Positions 22,206-34,500 of a stretch of 64,000 nucleotides of DNA are shown here, piece by piece. The stretch covers positions 73,718,001 through 73,782,000 of the forward strand of contig NC_043002.1 in assembly GCF_006345805.1 (NCBI RefSeq), in the 5' to 3' direction. Source of the stretch: Octopus sinensis. Lineage: Eukaryota. The position numbers and the translations under genes were made by a program. Numbering within the stretch: the first letter of the stretch is position 1; every line of letters begins with the position of its first letter. The notes under the pieces are model-generated. The model ran no database searches. It was not told where the DNA came from and saw nothing but the letters and a program-made list of their open reading frames with translations.

Positions 22206-23334
22206 GTCATGAATTTTCTTACCATATTTTGCATCCTCTCTGTATTCAGTAACCCATATTTCACTTCCATGCAACATTGCATTGTGGATGTTAAGCTGAA
22301 TGATAAATCTTTTGCCAATCTCTATCTTCCACCAGATTAAAAACACATTTATATGCAGTTTATGCTAAACCACGCAGAAACAGAGATGGGATTACACAAA
22401 ATCTAGATGTGATAGTCTTAGATGAAACATTTGGAATCATCCTACTGAAAGAAACACCTCAGTTATGAAAGCTCTGTTGCATAAAATAATTGGAAGTGGC
22501 TCTAAAATACTTTTGGAAAATTTTTTTAGCGATGTATATATCAAGACCGAACCAAAATAAACAGTTTTCACTACATCTAAATTTGAATTGAATTTTAAGG
22601 TTGTCATAGATTTATTTACATAGTCCTTGTAAGGTTGTATAGAAATGCTTCTGGGTTTTAAATGCCTTTAAATCTGTCAATAAAATGAGAATCAGTTAAC
22701 TTGATTCCATAACCTTATGTAATGCCAAGGCAAATCAATCCTCTTAGTGAACACATTAGCTAACACACACACAGATATTCCTTCAATCAAATACTTCAGG
22801 TTCTTACTAAAACAACATTCCAACATTGATTATTTAATAAACATTTCTAGTGGGGAAAGAGAAGTATTGATACAGAAAATCGACTTCCATTTGTTTTATC
22901 ATATCTTGTATCAGATACTTTAGGATTCAATGTATTGTTTTAAAAAATTCATACATTTAAGTTCCTCGGAAGATCAAAGATTTTTAAGTTTCAGAAGTCT
23001 TTCTTTTCTCCTTTTTTTTTGTTATTTGTGTGCACGCGTGCGTGTGTGTGTGTGCATGTGGAAAGATAGAATGAGAGTGAAAGGGAATGAGAGGGAGAGG
23101 GAAGGAGGAAGAGAGAGGGAGAGAAAGAGAGAGACAGAAAGGAAGAAAGAAAGAGAGGGAGTGAGAGAGAGAGATTTCAATGCGTACTAGATATTTAAGA
23201 ATGTTTACCTGACATATTCGATAAAATATTGAAAATGTTTTGTAAATATTTGTATAAAAAAAACATGACAAATTAAAACAGCTAGATAGTGATCTAACAA
23301 TACTGTTGACTTCCAACGATAAATCTAATAATAC

Positions 23335-23969
23335 TATTGAGTTGGTGCATAATTATTGCAGCTTTTTTTCAACTAATTTTATTCAACAAAAACAGCAATA
23401 TTTAACAAAAGCATCTTTAAATGATGGTCTGCCAAGCAAATAGGAAGCAGTAATTGAAGTAGATGGTGAATATGCTCTAGAATAATCATTTAAAGATGTT
23501 TTTGTTACATATTGTTATTGTTTTTGTTGAATAACATTTACTCTTTTACTTGTTTCAGTCATTTGACTGCAGCCATGCTGGAGCAGCACCTTTAGTCAAG
23601 CAAATCAACCCCAGGACTTATTCTTTGTAAGCCTAGTATTTATTCTATCGGTCTCTTTTGCCGAACCGCTAAGTTATGGGGACGTAAACACACCAGCATC
23701 GGTTGTCAAGCGATGTTGGGGGGACAAACACAGACACACAAACATATATATATATATACGACGGGCTTCTTTCAGTTTTCTGTCTACCAAATCCACCCAC
23801 AAGGCTTTGGTTGGGCCAAGGCTATAGTAGAAGACACTTGCCCAAGGTGCCACGCAGTGGGAATGAAACCGGAACCATGTGGTTGGTAAGCAAGCTACTT
23901 ATCACACAGCCACTCCTGCACCTATTATTTGTAGAAAAAAAGCCACAATAATTACGCACCAACCCAATA
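23335..23969. mobile_element. Mariner-derived MITE with long TIRs, interrupted by a SINE
   Basis: TA-TTGAGTTGGTGCATAATTATTGCAGCTTTTTT on the left and AAAAAAGCCACAATAATTACGCACCAACCCAA-TA on the right. Inner inverted arms are at ~23380..23426 and ~23485..23533. The centre encodes an LPSK*EAVIEVDGEY transposase tail. Confidence 0.85.
23539..23923 (-). mobile_element. Full-length SINE family A inserted in the mariner MITE
   Basis: Reverse complement of the family A consensus from tail (CTCTTTTACTTGTTTCAGTC) to head (CACACAGCCACTCCTGCACC). Confidence 0.9.
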
Positions 23970-25146
23970 TATAACAAGGACAGAAATCAGTATACTTAGA
24001 CTAAATCCATGAACACACAAACATGATTATGTGGTCAAGAAATTTCTTTGGGAACTTAGTGGTTTCATATTCAATCCTGCTGTATATCAAGCATTTTGCT
24101 TTTTATCATGGCTTCAAATTGACCTTGTGAGTGAAATTTGTTTGCTGGAAGCTGGATGCCGCTTAAAGGGACCGTTTCTGTTCCTAAGGAAACTTCACCC
24201 AGTTTAACTATGCTTTCTGATCTAGGGTACCTGCAGCATTTACGTCTCTAATCTGAGGGTGACTTCCTTTCACCAGTCTTAGAGGTTATGCAAAAGTTCA
24301 TGTGCTGCCTTTCTTCTTGGAAGCCATAAAAACATCTACACCTGACCACTTCTAAAACCGCTTTAGACAGGAAAGGAGCAGTTCAAAATCAAATAGTTAA
24401 TGATAAAAAAAAAATGCAGTGGTTTAATAATCTTTTATTCTTTTACTTGGTCATTTAACTGTAGCCTTGATGGGACACTGCCTCGAAGGGTTAGGCTGAA
24501 CAAATCAATCACAGACATTTTATAAAACAAAATCTAAACATTTTAAGTCTAGTATTAATTCCATCAATTGCCTTTGCCAAACTGTGAATTTACAGATGCA
24601 CAAACAAATCAACACCAGTTATCAAGCAGTAGCAGAGATAACACATGCACACACACAAATTTATGTATGTATGCATGCATGCAAATTCCAGGCACAGTGG
24701 TCTTGAGAATAGTCGACGTCCTGAGCATTGAGGCAATGGTACACTGTTTACATTGGACTGCATACTTGTTTGAGGAAAGCACTCCTAGTAGAAAACAAGA
24801 CCATGATTCAAGGATTGCGCAGTCTTCATTGAAGAAATGTGAAATATGAGAGGTCAGTTGGGAAAGTAATGCTTGTCATTGCCAACAATGGAGGAAACAA
24901 GTAAAGGAAGAAGGGGATATTTTCACACCCCGCCAAAAAAAAACTCAAAAAACAGGCATTTTTTTATGATGCTTGAAAATGCACTGCCAGTTAGCGAATG
25001 GGGGAAGTTTGGTCTGTAATATCAGCAGACATATATGTTTCTCAAGAGCTGAGCTCATTAGTCACCAGCAGATTTCTCTGAGTGCAAAATGTTTTTAATG
25101 ATCAGCGATGGTCTTTCCTCACTGGTGAACAGCCAAAATATATATA

Positions 25147-25745
25147 CAGGGTGTGTAAAATATTTAAGGACAGATTTATGTTTATAAAAAAACAGATAAC
25201 TTTATTTATCAAAAACTGTTATGAAGATAAAAATAAACCTTTTCTATAATGTTATTCAATAAAGTCACCTTCAGCTTCAACAACTGCTTCTATGAGATCC
25301 GAATCATCTACATGCTCAAATGAAGTGGTCTTGGTTCATTTTGGACATTACTCTGACTATGGCAACTTTAAAAGAATCTTTGTTGTTATGGGCATGCTCA
25401 TTGGCATCTCTCTCAACAATGTTCCACATGTAATATTCCAATGGATTGAGATCTGGGGAATTAGGAAGTCAAATGTTAGGGGTTATGTGGTCATGAAAAT
25501 TTTCAACCATTCATGTTACTAGAGCCATGTATGATAGTGCAGAGTCTTACTGAAACACATATGGCCTTCCATTGCATACACTATCTATCCAAGGCTTAAC
25601 AATTATTTCCAGGACCTCAATGTAGGTGGCAGAGTTAACTCTAAGGTCTTGTGGAAAGAAGTAAGGAGGCATATCATGTCCTTCATTGCTGACAACCCCT
25701 AAAACCATGACTATTGCAGGAAATTTTGTATGCATAGCACTTGGA
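25147..25745 (-). mobile_element. Tc1/mariner-superfamily (maT/DD37D-like) transposase 3' remnant with one TIR
   Basis: TKFPAIVMVLGVVSNEGHDMPPYFFPQDLRVNSATYIEVLEIIVKPWI...GRPYVFQ*DSA...PNSPDLNPLEYYMW. The terminus is TA-CAGGGTGTG at 25145..25155. Confidence 0.85.
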
Positions 25746-26352
25746 CAAATGGTCCTATCAGCTCAAAGCCTTAAATATTCTCAAAATATCAATTAGTATT
25801 GTTATGATGCAATTTTGCCTGACAGCCTTAATGAGACAGTAGACTCTTGTGCTAAACTTACTGTATTTCTCATATTTTCATTCCATCATCTATGAGTTCT
25901 GGAATAAAGTATTATATTTGTATTATATAAACTGCCGGCATCAGTTGTTAATTGTCGGAGCACTGCATCCTTCAAAACTTCCATACTTTCTGAGATTCGC
26001 CAACACTACACCTGATTTTCTCCCCTCCATACACACACAAGCATGTATCTGACTCATACATTGTTCGCTTTCCAGACATTTGTACATTACTGCATGTACT
26101 CTATACACACTTTCTGACAAGTTGTGGTGCACCTGAGCACTGTATACAATAATTTCATTATTATTACATTATTATTATTTAGATGTTCAGTGATAGTAGA
26201 CAGGGTTGGGTTACCAAGAGAAAGGGACTGTAGCAAATCAACAAAATCACTGAAAACTGAGAAATTAGGCATTAAATCAAATCCTGCTAAAGCTGCTCCA
26301 GCCTTTCATTGATCTACATTTAGAAGAAAGTCACATTATAATGGGGGGAATT

Positions 26353-26445
26353 AAAAACACATAGAAAACAAAAGTTTAAGTTGATATTGTTTTTATTCAT
26401 AAAACATTTATGCATGAAGGAATTGTTTTTAGATTTTATTTTATT
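26353..26445 (-). terminator. Candidate polyadenylation site cluster on the minus strand
   Basis: Minus-strand AATAAA at 26440..26445, 26435..26440 and 26392..26397. A GU/U-rich downstream element (GTTTTCTATGTGTTTT) lies at 26353..26369. It marks the edge of the transposon-free block. Confidence 0.4.
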
Positions 26446-29400
26446 TTTGTATTCAAGCAGAGACGTATCTGTTGTGGCTTGTAAAGTTAGCAGACTTTAC
26501 ATGAGTTAGGATTATTATTATTTTTTTTTTCTTTATCACATTGCAGTTTTCACACACGCAGCCAATATAACATTCACAATAATAGATAATTTTCAGCCAG
26601 TAAGTTACAGCTTGCCATAATAAGGGACTGGCGGCAGTAAACTGGCTGAGAACCAATAAACCTATACAGACAATAAACTAGTTGAAGTAAACATGCCTCC
26701 TTGAAAAAAAGAACAAAAAAAAAACATCAGGAGCATATAAACACATACAAGACAAGAAAAAAATAACAGAAGTACATTGTTTAAACAACAAATTAAATAA
26801 AAATATATTTTAGTCATAGCATCACATATTGCACATAGACTAAGTTTAACTTAGAAATGCTTTAAAATAACCTGCTTTCTCACTTCTTTCAGTGATTAAA
26901 ACAAGTTATTTAAGCAAGACAAGTTAACTTAAAAAGGGACTTATATATCGCTCCTTCAGGTTACAAATCACACACATCTATACATATAGAAATAATAATT
27001 TATTCTTAACCTCTCAATACAGAAGATACAGTAAACATTATTTATATACAAAAATACAGACATATAGAGAAAAACTATTTACCTAAACAAATCGACTAAA
27101 CTTTTTCTTGATATGCTTATATTTATCTGATACAATCTAAGTGTCACTGGTTGGTAACAATGCTAATACTCAGAAATGATAATCCAAAATTGTTTCCATA
27201 CACCAGTGTCTAAGTAAGATACAGCTTTTGGGGTGGATGGGTGGAGGACACAATTAAAATAAGTGAGACATTTTGTAGCAATGTTAGAGAGAAATGTAGG
27301 ACCAAAGAGATTTTGGAGGTTTTTTTTTTTTAATGCATTCATTATTTCGATTTGTGTGTCTAAAAGGCAGAAAGAGCGTTAAATAATATCACTACCACCT
27401 CCCAGAGACATATGAACTGTTAGGTTTGAAAAATTCACCCAGGACGATTTAATTAAAAAAACCTGTCATAGTAAGACATTGATCAGATTTAGGACAAGTC
27501 TGAGATCTAGTTTACTGACTGGAATCCAAAAATCGAAGACATTCACACCTAAGTTACAGTCTAACAAAACTCGGGGAAAGTAAATCTTGCAATTGCTTTT
27601 CCCATAATGTGCCGTCTGAGACAAATTCTTAGTTTTTATTGAGTTGGCCAAAAGGTCTTTCTTTCATAACATTCTGATGATAGGGAAAGCTGAAAATATA
27701 AGGCCACTGATGGATTTCTATAGTTTGGGTTGATTTGTAGTTTCATCAGTGATTAAGTTTTGTCACTTGTATGTACATGAAGATCAAAAGAAAGAGCCAA
27801 AATGATATCAATACCTGCAAGCAGTAAGTTTGTAAAGATATTAAATAAAGAAGGTGAGAAAACATCATGGTGATATATGCAGAATAGAATATTGGTATTT
27901 ATGCAAGACGAAATGCCTAAACCTAGGAAGGAATGCAAGCATTTTAGAAGACAAAGGGCAACACTAAAGTTTCTCATCAAGAGATCTGCATTAATTTCAA
28001 TTAAAAACTTGATATGCTGCATTGTAAAACAAATGATGCAGAGACAATAGCTATATTTACCTGTCTGTTTTTCAACAGACAAACTTGGTACTTCTACAAG
28101 AGAAGACTCATCTACAACTATGAATCCAAATTTTATTGGAAGTAAACAATTTATTATAGTGTTCATTCATTTAGACATGTAAAACAAGACTACATCTTAG
28201 CATAGGAATATCCACCAACTAAGGAATATTTTGAATCCCCTTAATTTCTTGTTTAATGTCCAAGAGCAAATAGCATCTGTAGGTGTTATCTTTTCCCCAG
28301 AGATAAAAAGGAGCAAATGAAAGTTGTTATAAAAGTCAAAACAAAAAAAGAAATATTCATGTCCTATATCACAAATAATTCAAACATAATACAGGACAAA
28401 TACTGCTTCCTCACTCCCTTGATACAACAATATTAAGGAAGGGCAACAAAATAATTATTTTAAAGAAAACTAAACAAAATGTTTACAAAACCATACCCTG
28501 ACAAAATGCTACAGAAGACTCAATATCGTTCCAAGAAATATGGTATAAATGAATAAAATAGCTACAGTAGGTTATTGCAAATAAGAGTACAGACTAATAA
28601 TGTGCCTAGTGCAAGATAATGTATAACTTTACCGATACCGAATATTGTTAGATGGAGGTAGTTTAAAAGCCAGGCATTCACAAAGAAAAGATGTATATAA
28701 AACAGCCAATAGATTCTGGTTATATATGTGTGTCAGCCTGTTTTGGACCAAGTTAAATGAAAATCATAGAGCTGTAAAGGAAAAACATGATTTCCTTCTC
28801 ATTGAGTCAGCAATCTCAGCATATTTAAAGACAAACAGAAGTGTGAGCACAGATACATTGCTGTTTCCTGTTGAGATTATGACAAGTTTTAGATGAGCTA
28901 AATGTAGAAAAGTTGATCTAATAAGCATAACAAAAGTGAAACTAAATGATTTTGGCATATCTACATTGAATTAACATGTGGTTGTAAGTGCAGAATGTTT
29001 TATTAATAGAGTTGGTTTTTATTCCATATTCTTTAATTTTTTTTTATTCTCTGATTTTGCAACTGGGATAGAAAATCTAGTGTGATTCATAAAATGAACT
29101 GCAAGAGATTTACAGACAGTAAAACAAATAATAAACAGAAAACAAAAATAAGAGAAGATTTCTATAACAAACAGGAATAGTTTGTCATTTGTAACATGCA
29201 TATCAATCTTCCAAATTTCATTCATGTTCTCCTCTACTGAACTGCTCAAAGAACAATGCCAATTCAGGAAAAAGAACATTCTTAATGTCAAGCAAGTCAC
29301 TGATTATTAAAACTGCTTCTTAATATCAGAAGAAAGGGAATATTGGAACTATTTTCACTAAATTTAAGGATATTTATCACCATTCCTTTATAATAAATGT

Positions 29401-29501
29401 TAAACTCATTGCAGGTTCTGACATTATCCAAAAACTTAATTTTACAGGCACATGCCAAAGCAGACTTTCTCCAAAATTCATAATATATCAAAAAACAATG
29501 G

Positions 29502-29558
<57 letters not shown>

Positions 29559-31506
29559 TATATTTCATTTGTAATGTGGCATTAAATGTTTGACATTGTT
29601 GCACCACACAGTATTGAAAGAAATTATCTAGTATTAATTAATGTCTTACACTGCATGTAGACCTGTATTTGCTGCACGACAAGACAAATATTGAATGATA
29701 TTAAATGCTGCAAAAGTTTGTAACAATAACCATTTCTAAACCAGAAAAATGAGAAGAGTTACTCATTATAACATCTTACACTCTCTATTCTGATTGTATT
29801 TTTTCTCTTTCTTTTTACCATAAATTGAAGATCGTTTTGAATATCTTGTTTAAATATCCTTTAAACAGTGAAATATATAATAAAACAAAAACCCAGTTAC
29901 TTTATCTTTTAATTCCATATTAATAAAAAATTAAAATATAAAGCATTTAATCAATGTTATGTATTTAAAAAAAAGGCATATATATTATTATATATATATA
30001 AAATGAGATTTTCCTCAGGAATTATTCACTGCATCAAATAAGATAATGTTTGTTACTTTCTGAAATATAAACCGTATTTCAAGAATTATTAAAAAAATTT
30101 TTTAGGAACCTCTAATGTGAAATAGCTAAAATGTTACACCAACCTTCATGTCAAAAAGTAGAATTTCTAAAATTTCAAGGGGAAGGAATAATTTTATACC
30201 AGTTCATTAGCTATCAACAAATACAAAATGTATGAAAAAAAAATCTCTACAGTGTATTGAAATATTGAATGTCAAAATCAAATTAAAAATTGATGGAAAA
30301 TAGATGAATGAAATGTTAGTAAATATCTCTTAAACATTTAAGATGAATTAGATCCTAAAACAGAAATGTCTCACCTTGATGTGCGTTATTTTAAACTAAA
30401 TGGCACTTCAATCTCTTGCTCATAAACTCAAATCTCTTGCTTCAAAACATTAGCTTCAATGAGAATTAATAAGCATAAATTATTTGGATGCTAAGTAGAT
30501 TTTGTGCAACAAAAAATTATCATTCTCACTGTCATCCTTATTAAGTAAATAAAGACAAATAAAAATTCACAATCCACTTATAAATACAAAGTTAATTTGA
30601 GATCTCTCAGTGCATGAAAATTGCAAGCAATGTCACAGATCGAGAATCAGAAATTTCTTTATTTCTTTTTTCTTTTCCTTTGGCAATGAATTTGAATAAA
30701 AAAGAAAATTGAAGCAAAAGATACAATAAAATCTTCTAAAAGTACATAAAGGGATATGGCTGTAAACCTTCAGAAATTACTTAACATCAGCATGTATCAA
30801 GTTTTTTTTTATGTGTTTTGGTTTTTTAAAATTTTGGTAGGACAGAAGAGAGGAGTAAATAGAGAGATCTTTGGAGAAGAGAAAGAAACAGTCAGATTAT
30901 CACAGATACAGGAATTCTTAATGATATTTTTAAGATGAAGAAATTAAAACATACAATTGTTACAGGCATATTTACTGCCACAAACCTTTGCGATAACGTG
31001 ATTTTTAATTTTTTTTTTTTTTTTACTAAAAGGCAAGAGGCTAACATTTAGGAAAATTTTGTCTAAACAGTCACAACGAATATTCATATTTGCCAGTCTC
31101 ATTCAAGTTTTCAGTTAACAAGGCAGCAGGGTAACTGAGACTAATGTTCTAAGGATGGCAGTCAATACAAGGACGGCTAGTTAGTAATTTGAGTTTAAGA
31201 AACACCAGAAGCCATGCCAAAGAGGCAGTAATTGGCTGTGTCTTTTTTCTTTTTTTTCTTTTTTTTTTTGCTTTGTTTTGAACATAAAAGTAGCAGAAAC
31301 TTTTGTTAGTATTATCAGTGAAGAATAAAAGGAAAATCTGCATTAAAAAAAAAACAAAAAAAATTGATGATCATTAATTTCGAGCCCAAATAGAAAGTGT
31401 ATTATCCAACCGATATCTGTATTAAATTATAGTAGTAAGCAACAAAGTTAATAAGAAGGTATTAAGTCTGCTGCTATTAGTTCAAATGAAGCCATTTCTA
31501 AAGCAG

Positions 31507-31622
<116 letters not shown>

Positions 31623-33353
31623 GTGTGTGAAATTTGAAATAAATAAATTAATCAATCAACAAATTTCTTCACATCTGATAAAGAAAAGTGGAATAAGAAA
31701 ATATTTTATATCAATTTACTTAATAATATTTATATACATCTCTTTTGTCATGGTTACTACATCAATTAACAAATCTAATTTCAATGAATTGTGATTTATG
31801 GTAATATCCATAAGACTTATAATATTCTTGAGAAAATGGAAGGAGATGCATGTGAGAGAGAAAGATAGATTTTTAACTGAAAATAATCTTGATTTTGATG
31901 GGTAGTTATTTTTCCTTTCAATTTATTGCTGCACAGAAGAAAATATGATTAAACAAGCCATAAAAAGTGGACTTCATTATTTTTCTATCATTCATAACAC
32001 TGGTAGTACAAATTATTCTTTGTACTACTGAATACAGAAGAACCTATTATAAAGCAAACTAAATCCTCTAAAACATAGAATTTTGACAATAATTATAAAC
32101 TCGTTTTTTTCTTTCCTACTTTTCTATTAACGGAGATAGACATTTTGCTTATTTTCATAATACAAAAATCTAGCCTGTGTGTGTGTGCCTGTGTGTAAGT
32201 ATTTATATAAATCTATGTGTGGAGAATATAGGTGTGTAACTCATCATGCTCTAAGTGTGTCTTCTACAAATATGTCACAAAATGTTTGAAAATATAAGAT
32301 AACTCTAGTTTAATGCATGAAATTATAATTACTAATAGTATGTAGATATGCATATATATATATATGTAACAATGCATAAATTTTAAATCAAAATTTAAAT
32401 TATAGGATAAATATTGGATTTTACTGATATATTCTTTCACATTAAACAGGACAAAGATAAACTGATGCTGGACACAAACTGAACATTTCTGGTGCAGAAA
32501 ATTATCAGTTAAAATACAATGACACATATAATAAATAAAAGGTCTCCGAAAAGTTCCAGAAAATGTTTCAAAGAATTACTAAAAAAAAATAGAATAAAAT
32601 GGTCAAACCTGTTATAGCATATCTATGGGATCTAACCAAAACATAGTGAAGTATATTAGTGACCAATTGGAGGCAAAGTTCAATTTAGTATCAGTTTGAA
32701 AATGCCTAAAGTGAAGACAGACAAGAGTGACTGTAATCAAGTAATGAAGCATATCCGAATTTTCTCAATTAGTACATTGTAATGATTTGTGATTTCCCAG
32801 CATTGAGAATGATGAGCTAAGCTAATATTTCAGGTGAAAACAACTGATGAATCTAGACTTCTAACTGAGTAAGTAAATACAAATGAATGAAAAATGAAGT
32901 TAGAAAAAAAAAAGGAAAAAAGAAAGAAAGAAATTTCTCCTCTTTGTCAAAATGAGTATTTTGATATATAAATAGTTTTTGCTAAACTAAGCACAAAATG
33001 GACATTTGGACAGCTAATACAAGAAAACCAATGCAGTATAGACAAATGTTGCTATAGTTCACTGCTTGCAGATACTTTCTTAATTTGCATCAATTGCTAT
33101 TAGTTGTTGAGCAATACTGGTCTAATATTACACAGTTTCTTGTCTGTTATATCATTGAAGTACAGAGCTAAACATTTTGATTGTTATTTGGTTAATAATA
33201 CTTAAAGAAATCATAGATAAATGGATTTTTAAAAAAGAAAAACAGTTGTCAATTTACATCAACCATTAAGGCTTGTGTTGGTAGAATTATTTCTCACAAT
33301 ATACAACTTTTTTTTTGGAAGCTTTACACACAAGAGAGAATTTATCTCAAGTA

Positions 33354-33357
33354 AATA

Positions 33358-33411
<54 letters not shown>

Positions 33412-33427
33412 TAATAATAATAATAAT
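33354..33427. repeat. (AAT)n microsatellite
   Basis: Read directly from the sequence. Confidence 0.95.
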
Positions 33428-34229
33428 GTTAACAATTCCCTATTAAGTAACTAAACATTATTTAATGTGACTTTTTTTTAAACATTTGGCTTGTTGAATG
33501 GCTTCCAGACGAATGATATTGATAAAATATATAAATATTAGCAAGTGAGTGTTTGATAAAAATATATATGTATATATATATACCACCTACCAGTACATTA
33601 TATATTGCAAAGAAAATATTGTATCGATATACATGAGAGTTTGTGAATACACACACATACATACACACACAATTTATATATGTAATGCAAAAATTAACCT
33701 ACAAGCTATTAGGACAATGATAACCAATATTCCAGTATCTTCACAAGAACCAGTTACTCTGGAGCTAATAAATGAGGAACAGACTAATTTTAAGCATTAC
33801 AAAATTATAATAATAATAATAATAAATTAAAAATCAAAATATCAAAGACTTGGCTTTTTTTCTCCAAACTTGCAAGGTCATTCTTCTTTAATTGAAACAA
33901 AAACTAAAATTTTAGTTATTTGCTGAAGATCAATAAATAGCAGCAAGACATTTACTAACACATCAAGAAAATATTGCCTAATACTAAATATTACCAATAG
34001 GAGAGACCAATATGGAAGATCAATAGCTGCTAACTAACAGTAGAAAGAAAACCAAAATCAATGACCACTTCTGTGACTTGGACTACTATGTTACTGACTA
34101 CTAACAAGATACTGTCCAGTTTGACAAAAAGAAAAAAGTTGAAAATTAAAAACATAAGTATTTACATACACACAATTAGTACATAAAACAGGAATATCTG
34201 CTAACAAGGTACTAACATATTAAGAAAGA

Positions 34230-34500
34230 ATGGTCAATGGACATTAAAACAGATTGGTCAATAAATCAATGAGCACCAACAAAACATTGGCTAGTACAAA
34301 ATCAAAGATCAATGACCATAAAGAATACATTGACCATTAACCTCAATGAGCACCAACAAAACATTGACCAGTACAGACAACAATAATAATGACTATAATA
34401 CATTGGCCAATAACATCAATGAGCACCAACAGAAAACATCGCCCTGTAGAGAAAACAAATATCACTGACCACTGAAAAGACACTGACCAGTAAAAAAAAA
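34230..34500. repeat. Imperfect ~75-bp tandem repeat (3-4 units)
   Basis: TCAATGAGCACCAACA(G)AAAACAT at 34266, 34343 and 34416, with CATTG(A/G)CCA sub-motifs. Confidence 0.85.

Noticed and set aside
27753-28166. 137-aa minus-strand ORF inside the transposon-free block
   Set aside because: No domain similarity or codon pattern; consistent with a chance ORF in U-rich UTR-like sequence.
34230-34500. CRISPR-like repeat-spacer pattern (also 21100..21440)
   Set aside because: Eukaryotic context, degenerate repeats, spacers that are themselves related, and no cas genes.
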